Part shown: positions 24,241 through 36,564 of the stretch, one piece after another
Layout of the letters: each line of letters starts with the position of its first letter
Numbering within the stretch: position 1 is the first letter of the stretch
NCBI GenBank assembly: GCA_964016885.1
Contig: OZ024743.1
Location: 136,834,001 to 136,898,000 of the forward strand
DNA length: 64,000 nucleotides
Direction of reading: 5' to 3'
From: Eledone cirrhosa
Taxonomy: Eukaryota
The notes under the pieces: model-generated
Database searches by the model: none
What the model saw: the letters and a program-made list of their open reading frames with translations, nothing else
Told to the model about the DNA's origin: nothing
Program-made: the position numbers and the translations under genes

Positions 24241-27200
24241 TTGGTGTTTGGTGTTTGGTGCTTGCTGCTGGCTGCTTGGTGTTTGGTGCTTGGTGATTGG
24301 TGCTTGGTGTTTGGTGCTTGGTGTTTGGTGTTTGGTGCTAGGTGCTTGGTGTTTGGTGCTTGGTGCTTGGTGTTTGTACTTGGTGCTTGGTGCTTGGTTC
24401 TTGGTGTTTGGTGCTTGGTGCTTGGTGTTTGGTGCTTGGTGCTTGGTGTTTGGTGCTTGGTCATTGGTGCTTGGTGTTTGGTGCTTGGTGCTTGGTGCTT
24501 GGTGTTTGGTGCTTGGTGTTTGGTGCTTGGTGTTAGGTCTTTGGTGCTTGGTGTTTGGTGTTATATGCTTGGTGTTTGATGCTTGGTGCTTGGTGCTTGG
24601 TGTTTGGTGCTTGGTGCTTGATGCTTGGTGCTTGGTTCTTGGTGTTTGGTGCTTGGTGCTTGGTGTTTGTACTTGGTGCTTGGTGCTTGGTTCTTGGTGT
24701 TTGGTGCTTGGTGCTTGGTGTTTGGTGCTTGGTGCTTGGTGTTTGGTGCTTAGTGTTTGGTGCTTGGTGCTTGGTGCTTGGTGCTTGGTGTTTGGTGCTT
24801 GGTGTTTGGTGCTTGGTGTTTGGTGCTTGGTGTTTGGTGTTTGGTGCTTGGTGCTTGGTGTTTGGTGTTTGGTGCTTGGTGTTTGGTGCTTGGTGTTTGG
24901 TGTTAGGTGTTTGGTGCTTGGTGTTTGGCGTTTGGTGCTTGGTGTTTGGTGCTTGGTGCTTGGTGTTTGGTGCTTGGTACTTGGTGCTTGGTGCTTGGTG
25001 TTAGGTGTTTGGTGCTTGGTGCTTGGTGTTTGGTTTTTGGTGCTTGGTGCTTGGTGTTTGGTGTTTGGTGCTTGCTGCTGGCTGCTTGGTGTTTGATGCT
25101 TTGTGATTGGTGCTTGGTGTTTGGTGCTTGGTGTTTGGTGTTTGGTGCTAGGTGCCTGGTGTTTGGTGCTTGGAACTTGGTGCTTGGTGTTTGGTGTTTG
25201 GTGTTTGGTGCTTGGTGCTTGGTGTTTGGTGCTTGGTGCTGGGTGGTTGGTGTTTGGTGCTTGGTGTTTGGTGTTTGGTGCTTGGTGCTTGGTGTTTGGT
25301 GCCTGGTGTTTAGTGTTTGGTGCTTGGTGCTTAGTGTTTGGTGCTAGGTGCTTGGTGTTTGGTGCTTGGTGCTTGGTGTTTGGTGCCTGGTGCTTGGTGT
25401 TTGGTGTTTGGTGTTTGGTGCTTGGTGCTTGGTGTTTGGTGTTTGCTGTTTGCTGTTTGGTGTTTGGTGTTTGGTGTTTGTTGTTTGGTGTTTGCTGTTT
25501 GGTGTTTGGTGTTTGCTTTTTGGTGTTTGGTGTTTGCTGTATGTTGTTTGCTATTTGGTGTTTGGTGTTTGGTGTTTGGTGCTTGTTGCTTGGTGTTTGG
25601 TGCTTGGTGCTTGGTGTTTGGTTCCTGGTGCTTGGTGCTTGGTGCTTGGTGTTTGGTGTTTGGTGCTTGGTGCTTGGAGTTTTGTGTTTGGTGCTTGGTG
25701 CTTGGTGTTTTGTGTTTCGTGTTTGGTTTTTGGTGCTTGATGCTTGGTGCTTGGTCGTTGGTGTTTGGTGCTGGGTGCTTTGTCTTTGGTGCTTGGTGAT
25801 TGGTGCTTGGTGTTTGGTGTTTGCTGCTTGGTGTTTGATGCTTGGTGCTTGGTGCTTGGTGTTTTGTGTTTGGTGCTTGGTGTTTGGTGCTTGGTGCTTG
25901 GTGTTTGTACATGGTGCTTGGTGCTTGGTGTTTGTACATGGTGCTTGGTGCTTGGTGTTTGGTTCTTGGTTCTTGGTGTTTGGTGTTTGGCGATTGGTGT
26001 TTGGTGCTTGGTGCTTGGTGTTTGGTGCCTGGTGCTTGGTGCTTGGTGCTTGGTGTTTGGTGTTTGGTGCTTGGTGCTTGGAGTTTGGTGTTTGGTGCTT
26101 GGTGCTTGGTGTTTTGTGTTTGGTGCTTGGTGTTTGATGCTTGGTGCTTGGTGCTTGGTGTTTTGTGTTTGGTGCTTGGTTCTTGGTGTTTGGTGCTTGG
26201 TGCTTGGTGCTTGGTGTTTGTACTTGGTGCTTGGTGCTTGGTGTTTGGTTCTTGGTTCTTGGTGTTTGGTACTTGGTGCTTGGTGCTTGGTGCTTGATGT
26301 TTGGTGTTTGGTGGTTGGTGTTTCGTGCTTGGTGCTTGGTGCTTGGTGTTAGGTGTTTGGTGCTTGGTCCTTAGTGTTTGGTGCTTGGTGTTTGGTGTTT
26401 GCTGTCTGCTTTTTGGTGTTTAGTGTTTGCTGTATGGTGTTTGGTGTTTGCTGTTTGGTGTTTGTTCTTTGGTGGTTGGTGTTTGGTGCTTGGTGCTTGG
26501 TGTTTGGTGTTTGGTGCTTGGTGCTTGGTGTTTGGTGTTATATGCTTGGTGTTTGATGCTTGGTGCTTGGTGCTTGGTGTTTGGTGTTTGGTGTTTGTAC
26601 TTGGTGCTTGGTGCTTGGTGCTGGGTGTTTGGTGCTGGGTGTTTGGTGCTTGGTGCTTGGTGCTTGGTGCTTGGGGCTTGGTGTTTGGTGGTTGGTGTTT
26701 GGTGCTTGGTGTTATGTGTTTGGTGATTGGTGCTTGGTGTTTGGTGTTTGGTGCTTGGTGTTTGGTGTTTGGTGCTTGGTGTTTGGTGCTTGGTACTTGG
26801 TGCTTGGTGCTTGTTGTTAGGTGTTTGGTGTTTGATGATTGGTGCTTGGTGCTTGGTGTTTGGTGTTTGGTGCTTGGTGTTTGATGCTTGGTGCTTGGTG
26901 CTTGGTGTTTGGTGCCTGGTGCTTGGTGTTTGGTGCTTGGTGCTTGGTGTTTGGTGCTTGGTGTTTGGTGCTTGGTGTTTGGTGCTTGGTCCTTGGTGCT
27001 TGGTGCTTGGTGTTTGGTGGTTGGTGCTTGGTGCTTGGTGTTAGGTTTTTGGTGCCTGGTGCTTGGTGTTTGGTGTTTGGTGCTTGGTGTTTGGTGTTTG
27101 GTGCTTGGTGTTTGGTGCTTGGTACTTGGTGCTTGGTGCTTGGTGTTAGGTGTCTGGTTTTTGGTGCTTGGTGCTTGGTGTTTGGTGCTTGCTGCTGGCT

Positions 27201-30200
27201 GCTTGGTGTTTGGTGCTTGGTGATTGGTGCCTGGTGTTTGGTGCTTGGTGTTTGGTGTTTGGTGCTAGGTGCTTGGTGTTTGGTGCTTGGTGCTTGGTGT
27301 TTGTACTTGGTGCTTGCTGCTTGGTTCTTGGTGTTTGGTGCTTGGTGCTTGGTGTTTGGTGTTTGGTGTTTGGTGCTTGGTGCTTGGTGCTTGGTGTTTG
27401 GTGCTTGGTGTTTGGTGCTTGGTGTTAGGTGTTTGGTGCTTGGTGCTTGGTGTTTGGTGCTTGGTGTTTGATGCTTGGTGCTTTGTGCTTGGTGTTTGGT
27501 GCTTGGTGCTTGGTGTTTGTACTTGGTGCTTGGTGCTTGGTTCTTGGTGTTTGGTGCTTGGTGCTTGGTGTTTGGTGTTTGGTGCTTGGTGTTTGGTGCT
27601 TGGTGTTTGGTGCTTGGTGCTTGGTGTTTGGTGCTTGGTGCTGGGTGGTTGGTGTTTAGTGCTTGGTGTTTGGTGCTGGGTGCTTGGTGTTTGGTGCTTG
27701 GTGTTTGGTGTTTGGTGCTTGGTGCTTGGTGTTTGGTGCTTGGTGTTTAGTGTTTGGTGCTTGGTGCTTAGTGTTTGGTGCTAGGTGCTTGGTGTTTGGT
27801 GCTTGGTGCTTGGTGTTTGGTGCCTGGTGCTTGGTGTTTGGTGTTTGGTGTTTGGTGCTTGGTGCTTGGTGTTTGGTGTTTGCTGTTTGCTGTTTGGTGT
27901 TTGGTGTTTGGTGTTTGTTGTTTGGTGTTTGCTGTTTGGTGTTTGCTGTTTGCTTTTTGGTGTTTGGTGTTTGCTGTATGTTGTTTGCTGTTTGGTGTTT
28001 GGTGTTTGGTGTTTGGTGCTTGTTGCTTGGTGTTTGGTGCTTGGTGCTTGGTGTTTGGTTCCTGGTGCTTGGTGCTTGGTGCTTGGTGTTTGGTGTTTGG
28101 TGCTTGGTGCTTGGAGTTTTGTGTTTGGTGCTTGGTGCTTGGTGTTTTGTGTTTCGTGTTTGGTTTTTGGTGCTTGGTGCTTGGTGCTTGGTCCTTGGTG
28201 TTTGGTGCTGGGTGCTTTGTGTTTGGTTCTTGGTGCTTGGTGCTTGGTGTTTGGTGTTTGGTGTTTGATGCTTGGTGCTTGGTGCTTGGTGTTTTGTTTT
28301 TGGTGCTTGGTGTTTGGTGCTTGGTGTTTGTACTTGGTGCTTGGTGCTTGGTGTTTGGTTCTTGGTTCTTGGTGTTTGGTGTTTGGCGATTGGTGTTTGG
28401 TGCTTGGTGCTTGGTGTTTGGTGCCTGGTGCTTGGTGCTTGGTGCTTGGTGTTTGGTGTTTGGTGCTTGGTGCTTGGAGTTTGGTGTTTGGTGCTTGGTG
28501 CTTGGTGTTTTGTGTTTGGTGCTTGGTGTTTGATGCTTGGTGCTTGGTGCTTGGTGTTTTGTGTTTGGTGCTTGGTTCTTGGTGTTTGGTGCTTGGTGCT
28601 TGGTGCTTGGTGTTTGTACTTGGTGCTTGGTGCTTGGTGTTTGGTTCTTGGTTCTTGGTGTTTGGTACTTGGTGCTTGGTGCTTGATGTTTGGTGTTTGG
28701 TGGTTGGTGTTTGGTGCTTGGTGCTTGGTGCTTGATGTTAGGTGTTTGGTGCTTGGTCCTTGGTGTTTGGTGCTTGGTGTTTGGTGTTTGCTGTTTGGTG
28801 TTTGGTCTTTGGTGCTTGGTGTTTGGTGCTTGGTGCTTGGTGTTTGGTGTTTGGTGCTTGGTGCTTGGTGTTTGGTGTTATATGCTTGGTGTTTGATGCT
28901 TGGTGCTTGGTGCTTGGTGTTTGGTGTTTGGTGTTTGTACTTGGTGCTTGGTGCTTGGTGCTTGGTGTTTGGTGCTTGGTGTTTGGTGCTTGGTGCTTGG
29001 TGCTTCGTGCTTGGTGCTTGGTGTTTGGTGGTTGGTGTTAGGTGTTTGGTGCTTGGTGCTTGGTGTTTGGTGTTTGGTGCTTGGTGTTTGGTGTTTGGTG
29101 CTTGGTGTTTGGTGCTTGGTACTTGGTGCTTGGTGCTTGGTGTTAGGTGTTTGGTGCTTGGTGTTTGGTGCTTGGTGTTTGGTGCTTCGTGCTTGGTGCT
29201 TGGTGCTTGGTGTTTGGTGGTTGGTGTTTGGTGCTTGGTGTTAGGTGTTTGGTGCTTGGTGCTTGGTGTTTGGTGTTTGGTGCTTGGTGTTTGGTGTTTG
29301 GTGCTTGGTGTTTGGTGCTTTTTGCTTGGTGCTTGGTGTTTGGTGTTTGGTGCTTGGTGTTTGGTGTTTGGAGCTTGGTGTTTGGTGCTTTTTGCTTGGT
29401 GCTTGGTGCTTGGTGTTTGGTGCTTGGTGCTTGGTGTTTGGTGCTGGGTGCTTGGTTTTTGGTGTTTGGTGTTATATGCTTGGTGTTTGATGCTTGGTGC
29501 TTGGTGCTTGGTGTTTGGTGTTTGGTGCTTGGTGTTTGATGCTTGGTGCTTGGTGCTTGGTGTTTGGTGCTTGGTGCTTGGTGTTTCGTGCTTGGTGCTT
29601 GGTGTTTGGTGCTAGGTGTTTGGTGCTTGGTGTTTGGTGCATGGTGCTTGGTGCTTGGTGCTTGGTTTTTGGTGTTTGTACTTGGTGCTTGGTGCTTGGT
29701 GTTTGGTGTTTGGCGATTGGTGTTTGGTGCTTGGTGCTTGGTGTTTGGTGCCTGGTGCTTGGTGCTTGGTGCTTGGTGTTTGATGTTTGGTGCTTGGTGC
29801 TTGGAGTTTGGTGTTTGGTGCTTGGTGCTTGGTGTTTTGTGTTTGGTGCTTGGTGTTTGATGCTTGGTGCTTGGTGCTTGGTGTTTTGTGTTTGGTGCTT
29901 GGTTCTTGGTGTTTGGTGCTTGGTGCTTGGTGCTTGGTGTTTGTACTTGGTGCTTGGTGCTTGGTGTTTGGTTCTTGGTTCTTGGTGTTTGGTACTTGGT
30001 GCTTGGTGCTTGATGTTTGGTGTTTGGTGGTTGGTGTTTGGTGCTTGGTGCTTAGTGCTTGATGTTAGGTGTTTGGTGCTTGGTCCTTGGTGTTTGGTGC
30101 TTGGTGTTTGGTGTTTGCTGTCTGCTTTTTTGTGTTTAGTGTTTGCTGTATGGTGTTTGGTGTTTGCTGTTTGGTGTTTGGTCTTTGGTGCTTGGTGTTT

Positions 30201-33200
30201 GGTGCTTGGTGCTTGGTGTTTGGTGTTTGGTGCTTGGTGCTTGGTGTTTGGTGTTATATGCTTGGTGTTTGATGCTTGGTGCTTGGTGCTTGGTGTTTGG
30301 TGTTTGGTGTTTGTACTTGGTGCTTGGTGCTTGGTGCTTGGTGTTTGGTGCTTGGTGTTTGGTGCTTGGTGCTTCGTGCTTCGTGCTTGGTGCTTGGTGT
30401 TTGGTGGTTGGTGTTTGGTGCTTGGTGTTAGGTGTTTGGTGCTTGGTGCTTGGTGTTTGGTGTTTGGTGCTTGGTGTTTGGTGTTTGGTGCTTGGTGTTT
30501 GGTGCTTGGTACTTGGTGCTTGGTGCTTGGTGTTAGGTGTTTGGTGCTTGGTGTTTGGTGCTTGGTGTTTGGTGCTTCGTGCTTGGTGCTTGGTGCTTGG
30601 TGTTTGGTGGTTGGTGTTTGGTGCTTGGTGTTAGGTGTTTGGTGCTTGGTGCTTGGTGTTTGGTGTTTGGTGCTTGGTGTTTGGTGTTTGGTGCTTGGTG
30701 TTTGGTGCTTTTTGCTTGGTGCTTTGTGTTTGGTGTTTGGTGCTTGGTGTTTGGTGTTTGGAGCTTGGTGTTTGGTGCTTTTTGCTTGGTGCTTGGTGCT
30801 TGGTGTTTGGTGCTTGGTGCTTGGTGTTTGGTGCTGGGTGCTTGGTGTTTGGTGTTTGGTGTTATATGCTTGGTGTTTGATGCTTGGTGCTTGGTGCTTG
30901 GTGTTTGGTGTTTGGTGCTTGGTGTTTGATGCTTGGTGCTTGGTGCTTGGTGTTTGGTGCTTGGTGCTTGGTGTTTGGTGCTTGGTGCTTGGTGTTTGGT
31001 GCTAGGTGTTTGGTGCTTGGTGTTTGGTGTTTGCTGTTTGCTGTTTGGTGTTTGTTGTTTGGTGTTTGTTGTTTGGTGTTTGCTGTTTGGTGTTTCGTGT
31101 TTGCTGTTTCGTGTCTGCTTTTTGGTGTTTGGTGTTTGCTGTATGTTGTTTGCTGTTTGGTGTTTGGTGTTTGGTGTTTGGTGCTTGGTGCTTGGTGTTT
31201 GGTGCTTGGTGCTTGGTGTTTGGTGCCTGGTGCTTGGTGCTTGGTGTTTGGTGTTTGGTGTTTGGTGCTTGGTGCTTGGTGCTTGGAGTTTTGTGTTTGG
31301 TGTTTGGTTTTTGGTGCTTGGTGTTTGGTTCTTGGTTCTTGGTGTTTGGTGTTTGGTATTTGGTGTTTGGTGCTTGTTGCTTGGTGTTTTGTGCTTGGTG
31401 CTTGGTGTTTGGTGCCTGGTGCTTGGTGCTTGGTGCTTGGTGTTTGGTGTTTGGTGCTTGGTGCTTGTTGTTTTGGGTTTGGTGTTTGGTTTTTGGTGCT
31501 TGGTGCTTGGTGCTTGGTCCTTGGTGTTTGGTGCTGGGTGCTTTGTGTTTGGTGCTTGGTGCTTGGTGTTTGGTGTTTGCTGCTTGGTGTTTGATGCTTG
31601 GTGCTTGGTGCTTGGTGTTTTGTGTTTGGTGCTTGGTGTTTGGTGCTTGGTGCTTGGTGTTTGTACTTGGTGCTTGGTGCTTGGTGCTTGGTGTTTGGTG
31701 TTTGGTGCTTGGTGTTTGGTGCTTGGTGCTTGGTGCTTGGTGTTAGGTGTTTAGTGCTTGGTGCTTGGTGTTTGGTGCTTGGTGTTTGCTGTTTGCTGTT
31801 TGCTGTTTGGTGTTTGGTGTTTGGTGCTTGGTGCTTGGTGCTTGGTGCTTGGTGTTTGGTGGTTGGTGCTTGGTGCTTGGTGTTTGGTGTTTGGTGCTTG
31901 GTGTTTGGTGCTTGGTACTTGGTGCTTGGTGCTTGGTGTTAGGTGTTTGGTGCTTGGTGTTTGGTGTCTGGTTTTTGGTGCTTGGTGCTTGGTGTTTGGT
32001 GCTTGCTGCTGGCTGCTTGGTGTTTGGTGCTTGGTGATTGGTGCCTGGTGTTTGGTGCTTGGTGTTTGGTGTTTGGTGCTAGGTGCTTGGTGTTTGGTGC
32101 TTGGTGCTTGGTGTTTGTACTTGGTGCTTGGTGCTTGGTTCTTGGTGTTTGGTGCTTGGTGCTTGGTGTTTGGTGCTTGGTGCTTGGTGTTTGGTGCTTG
32201 GTGTTTGGTGCTTGGTGTTTGGTGCTTGGTGCTTGGTGCTTGGTGTTTGGTGCTTGGTGTTTGGTGCTTGGTGTTAGGTGTTTGGTGCTTGGTGCTTGGT
32301 GTTTGGTGTTTGGTGCTTGGTGTTTGGTGTTTGGTGTTATATGCTTTGTGTTTGATGCTTGGTGCTTGGTGCTTAGTGTTTGGTGCTTGGTGTTTGATGC
32401 TTGGTGCTTGGTGCTTGGTGTTTGGTGCTTGGTGCTTGGTGTTTGTACTTGGTGCTTGGTGCTTGGTTCTTGGTGTCTGGTGCTTGGTGCTTGGTGTTTG
32501 GTGTTTGGTGCTTGGTGTTTGGTGCTTGGTGTTTGGTGCTTGGTGCTTGGTGTTTGGTGCTTGGTGCTGGGTGGTTGGTGTTTAGTGCTTGGTGTTTGGT
32601 GCTGGGTGCTTGGTGTTTGGTGCTTGGTGTTTGGTGTTTGGTGCTTGGTGCTTGGTGTTTGGTGCTTGGTGTTTAGTGTTTGGTGCTTGGTGCTTAGTGT
32701 TTGGTGCTAGGTGCTTGGTGTTTGGTGCTTGGTGCTTGGTGTTTGGTGCCTGGTGCTTGGTGTTTGGTGTTTGGTGTTTGGTGCTTGGTGCTTGGTGTTT
32801 GGTGTTTGCTGTTTGGTGTTTGGTGTTTGGTGTTTGGTGTTTGTTGTTTGGTGTTAGCTGTTTGGTGTTTGGTGTTTGCTTTTTGGTGTTTGGTGTTTGT
32901 TGTATGTTGTTTGCTGTTTGGTGTTTGGTGTTTGGTGTTTGGTGCTTGTTGCTTGGTGTTTGGTGCTTGGTGCTTGGTGTTTGGTTCCTGGTGCTTGGTG
33001 CTTGGTGCTTGGTGTTTGGTGTTTGGTGCTTGGTGCTTGGAGTTTTGTGTTTGGTGCTTGGTGCTTGGTGTTTTGTGTTTCGTGTTTGGTTTTTGGTGCT
33101 TGGTGCTTGGTGCTTGGTCCTTGGTGTTTGGTGCTGTGTGCTTTGTGTTTGGTGCTTGGTGCTTGGTGCTTGGTGTTTGGTGTTTGCTGCTTGGTGTTTG

Positions 33201-36200
33201 ATGCTTGGTGCTTGGTGTTTTGTGTTTGGTGCTTGGTGTTTGGTGCTTGGTGCTTGGTGTTTGTATTTGGTGCTTGGTGCTTGGTGTTTGGTTCTTGGTT
33301 CTTGGTGTTTGGTGTTTGGCGATTGGTGTTTGGTGCTTGGTGCTTGGTGTTTGGTGCCTGGTGCTTGGTGCTTGGTGCTTGGTGTTTCGTGTTTGGTGCT
33401 TGGTGCTTGGAGTTTGGTGTTTGGTGCTTGGTGCTTGGTGTTTTGTGTTTGGTGTTAGTTGTTTGGTGCTTGGTGCTTGGTGCTTGGTGCTTGGTGTTTG
33501 GTGGTTGGTGTTTAGTGCTTGGTGTTAGTTGTTTGGTGCTTGGTGCTTGGTGTTTGGTGTTGGTGCTTGGTGTTTGGTGTTTGGTGCTTGGTGTTTGGTG
33601 CTTTTTGCTTGGTGCTTGGTGCTTGGTGTTTGGTGCTTGGTGCCTGGTGTTTGGTGCTGGGTGCTTGGTGTTTGGTGTTTGGTGTTATATGCTTGGTGTT
33701 TGATGCTTGGTGCTTGGTGCTTGGTGTTTGGTGTTTGGTGCTTGGTGTTTGATGCTTGGTGCTTGGTGCTTGGTGTTTGGTGCTTGGTGCTTGGTGTTTG
33801 GTGCTTGGTGCTTGGTGTTTGGTGCTTGGTGTTTGGTGCTTGATGTTTGGTGCTTGGTGCTTGGTGCTTGGTGCTTGGTGTTTGGTGGTTGGTGCTTGGT
33901 GCTTGGTGTTAGGTGTTTGGTGCTTGGTGCTTGGTGTTTGGTGTTTGGTGCTTGGTGTTTGGTGTTTGGTGCTTGCTGCTGGCTGCTTGGTGTTTGGTGC
34001 TTGGTGATTGGTGCTTGGTGTTTGGTGCTTGGTGTTTGGTGTTTGGTGCTAGGTGCTTGGTGTTTGGTGCTTGGTGCTTGGTGTTTGTACTTGGTGCTTG
34101 GTGCTTGGTTCTTGGTGTTTGGTGCTTGGTGCTTGGTGTTTGGTGCTTGGTGCTTGGTGTTTGGTGCTTGGTGTTTGGTGCTTGGTGTTTGGTGCATGGT
34201 TCTTGGTGCTTGGTGTTTGGTGCTTGGTGTTTGGTGCTTGGTGTTAGGTGTTTGGTGCTTGGTGTTTGGTGCTTGGTACTTGGTGCTTGGTGCTTGGTGT
34301 TAGGTGTTTGGTGCTTGGTGTTTGGTGTCTGGTTTTTGGTGCTTGGTGCTTGGTGTTTGGTGCTTGCTGCTGGCTGCTTGGTGTTTGGTGCTTGGTGATT
34401 GGTGCTTGGTGTTTGGTGCTTGGTGTTTGGTGTTTGGTGCTAGATGCTTGGTGTTTGGTGCTTGGTGCTTGGTGTTTAAACTTGGTGCTTGGTGCTTGGT
34501 TCTTGGTGTTTGGTGGTTGGTGCTTGGTGTTTGGTGCTTGGTGCTTGGTGTTTGGTGCTTGGTGTTTGGTGCTTGGTGCTTGGTGCTTGGTGTTTGTACT
34601 TGGTGCTTGGTGCTTGGTGTTTGGTTCTTGGTTCTTGGTGTTTGGTACTTGGTGCTTGGTGCTTGGTGCTTGGTGTTAGGTGTTTGGTGCTTGGTCCTTG
34701 GTGTTTGGTGCTTGGTGTTTGGTGTTTGCTGTCTGCTTTTTGGTGTTTAGTGTTTGCTGTATGGTGTTTGGTGTTTGCTGTTTGGTGTTTGGTCTTTGGT
34801 GCTTGGTGTTTGGTGCTTGGTGCTTGGTGTTTGGTGTTTGGTGCTTGGTGCTTGGTGTTTGGTGTTATATGCTTGGTGTTTGATGCTTGGTGCTTGGTGC
34901 TTGGTGCTTGGTGTTTGGTGCTTGGTGCTTGGTGTTTGGTGCTTGGTGCTTGGTGTTTGGTGTTTGGTGCTTGGTGTTTGATGCTTGGTGCTTGGTGCTT
35001 GGTGTTTGGTGCTTGGTGCTTGGTGTTTGGTGCTTGGTGCTTGGTGTTTGGTGCTTGGTGTTTGGTGCTTGGTGTTTGGTGCTTGGTGCTTGGTGTTTGG
35101 TGCTTGGTGCTTGGTGTTTGGTGTTTGGTGCTTGGTGTTTGGTATTTGGTGCTTGGTGTTTGGTGCTTGGTACTTGGTGCTTGGTGCTTGGTGTTAGGTG
35201 TTTCGTGCTTGGTGTTTGGTGTCTGGTTATTGGTGCTTGGTGCTTGGTGCTTAGTGTTTGGTGCTTGGTGCTTAGTGTTTGGTGCTAGGTGCTTGGTGTT
35301 TGGTGCTTGGTGCTTGGTGTTTGGTGCGTGGTGCTTGGTGTTTGGTGTTTGGTGTTTGGTGCTTGGTGCTTGGTGTTTGGTGTTTGCTGTTTGCTATTTG
35401 TTGTTTGGTGTTTGCTGTTTGGTGTTTGGTGTTTGCTTTTTGGTGCTTGGTGTTTGATGCTTGGTGCTTGGTGCTTGGTGTTTGGTGCTTGGTGCTTGGT
35501 GTTTGGTGTTTGGTGCTAGGTGCTTGGTGTTTGGTGCTTGGTGCTTGGTGTTTGTACTTGGTGCTTGGTGCTTGGTTCTTGGTGTTTGGTGCTTGGTGCT
35601 TGGTGTTTGGTGCTTGGTGCTTGGTGTTTGGTGCTTGGTGTTTGGTGCTTGGTGTTTGGTGTTTGGTGCTTGGTGCTTGGTGTTTGGTGCTTGGTGTTTG
35701 GTGCTTGGTGTTAGGTGTTTGGTGCTTGGTGCTTGGTGTTTGGTGTTTGGTGCTTGGCGTTTGGTGTTTGGTGTTATATGCTTGGTGTTTGATGCTTGGT
35801 GCTTGGTGCTTGGTGTTTGGTGCTTGGTGTTTGGTGCTTGGTGCTTGGTGTTTGTACTTGGTGCTTTGTGCTTGGTTCTTGGTGTTTGGTGCTTGGTGCT
35901 TGGTGTTTGGTGTTTAGTGCTTTGTGTTTGGTGCTTGGTGTTTGGTGCTTGGTGCTTGGTGCTTAGTGCTTGGTGTTTGGTGCTTGGTGTTAGGTGTTTG
36001 GTGCTTGGTGCTTGGTGTTTGGTGTTTGGTGCTTGGTGTTTGGTGCTTGGTGTTTGGTGTTAGGTGTTTGGTGCTTGGTGTTTGGTGTTTGGTGCTTGGT
36101 GTTTGGTGCTTGGTGTTTGGTGCTTGGTGTTTGGTGCTTGGTACTTGGTGCTTGGTGCTTGGTGTTAGGTGTTTGGTGCTTGGTGCTTGGTGTTTGGTTT

Positions 36201-36540
36201 TTGGTGCTTGGTGCTTGGTGTTTGGTGTTTGGGGCTTGCTGCTGGCTGCTTGGTGTTTGATGCTTGGTGATTGGTGCTTGGTGTTTTGTGCTTGGTGTTT
36301 GGTGTTTGGTGTTTGGTGCTAGGTGCTTGGTGTTTGGTGCTTGGTGCTTGGTGCTTGGTGTTTGGTGTTTGGTGTTAGGTGCTTGATGCTTGGTGTTTGG
36401 TGCTTGGTGCTGGGTGGTTGGTGTTTAGTGCTTGGTGTTTGGTGCTGGGTGCTTGGTGTTTGGTGCTTGGTGCTTGGTCTTTGGTGCTTGGTGTTTGGTG
36501 TTTGGTGCTTGGTGCTTGGTGCTTGGTGTTTGGTGCTTGG
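24240..36540 (+). repeat. Mosaic middle domain of shuffled, more diverged 0.3-1.5 kb modules
   Basis: Related blocks start at 25338/27775/32701 (offsets 2437, 4926). About 28370-29620 matches about 29700-31005 (TTGGCGA at 28383/29710, offset 1327; ORFs 29147/30537 and 29245/30635, offset 1390). Confidence 0.75.
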
Positions 36541-36564
36541 TGCTTGGTGTTTGGTGCTTGGTGC

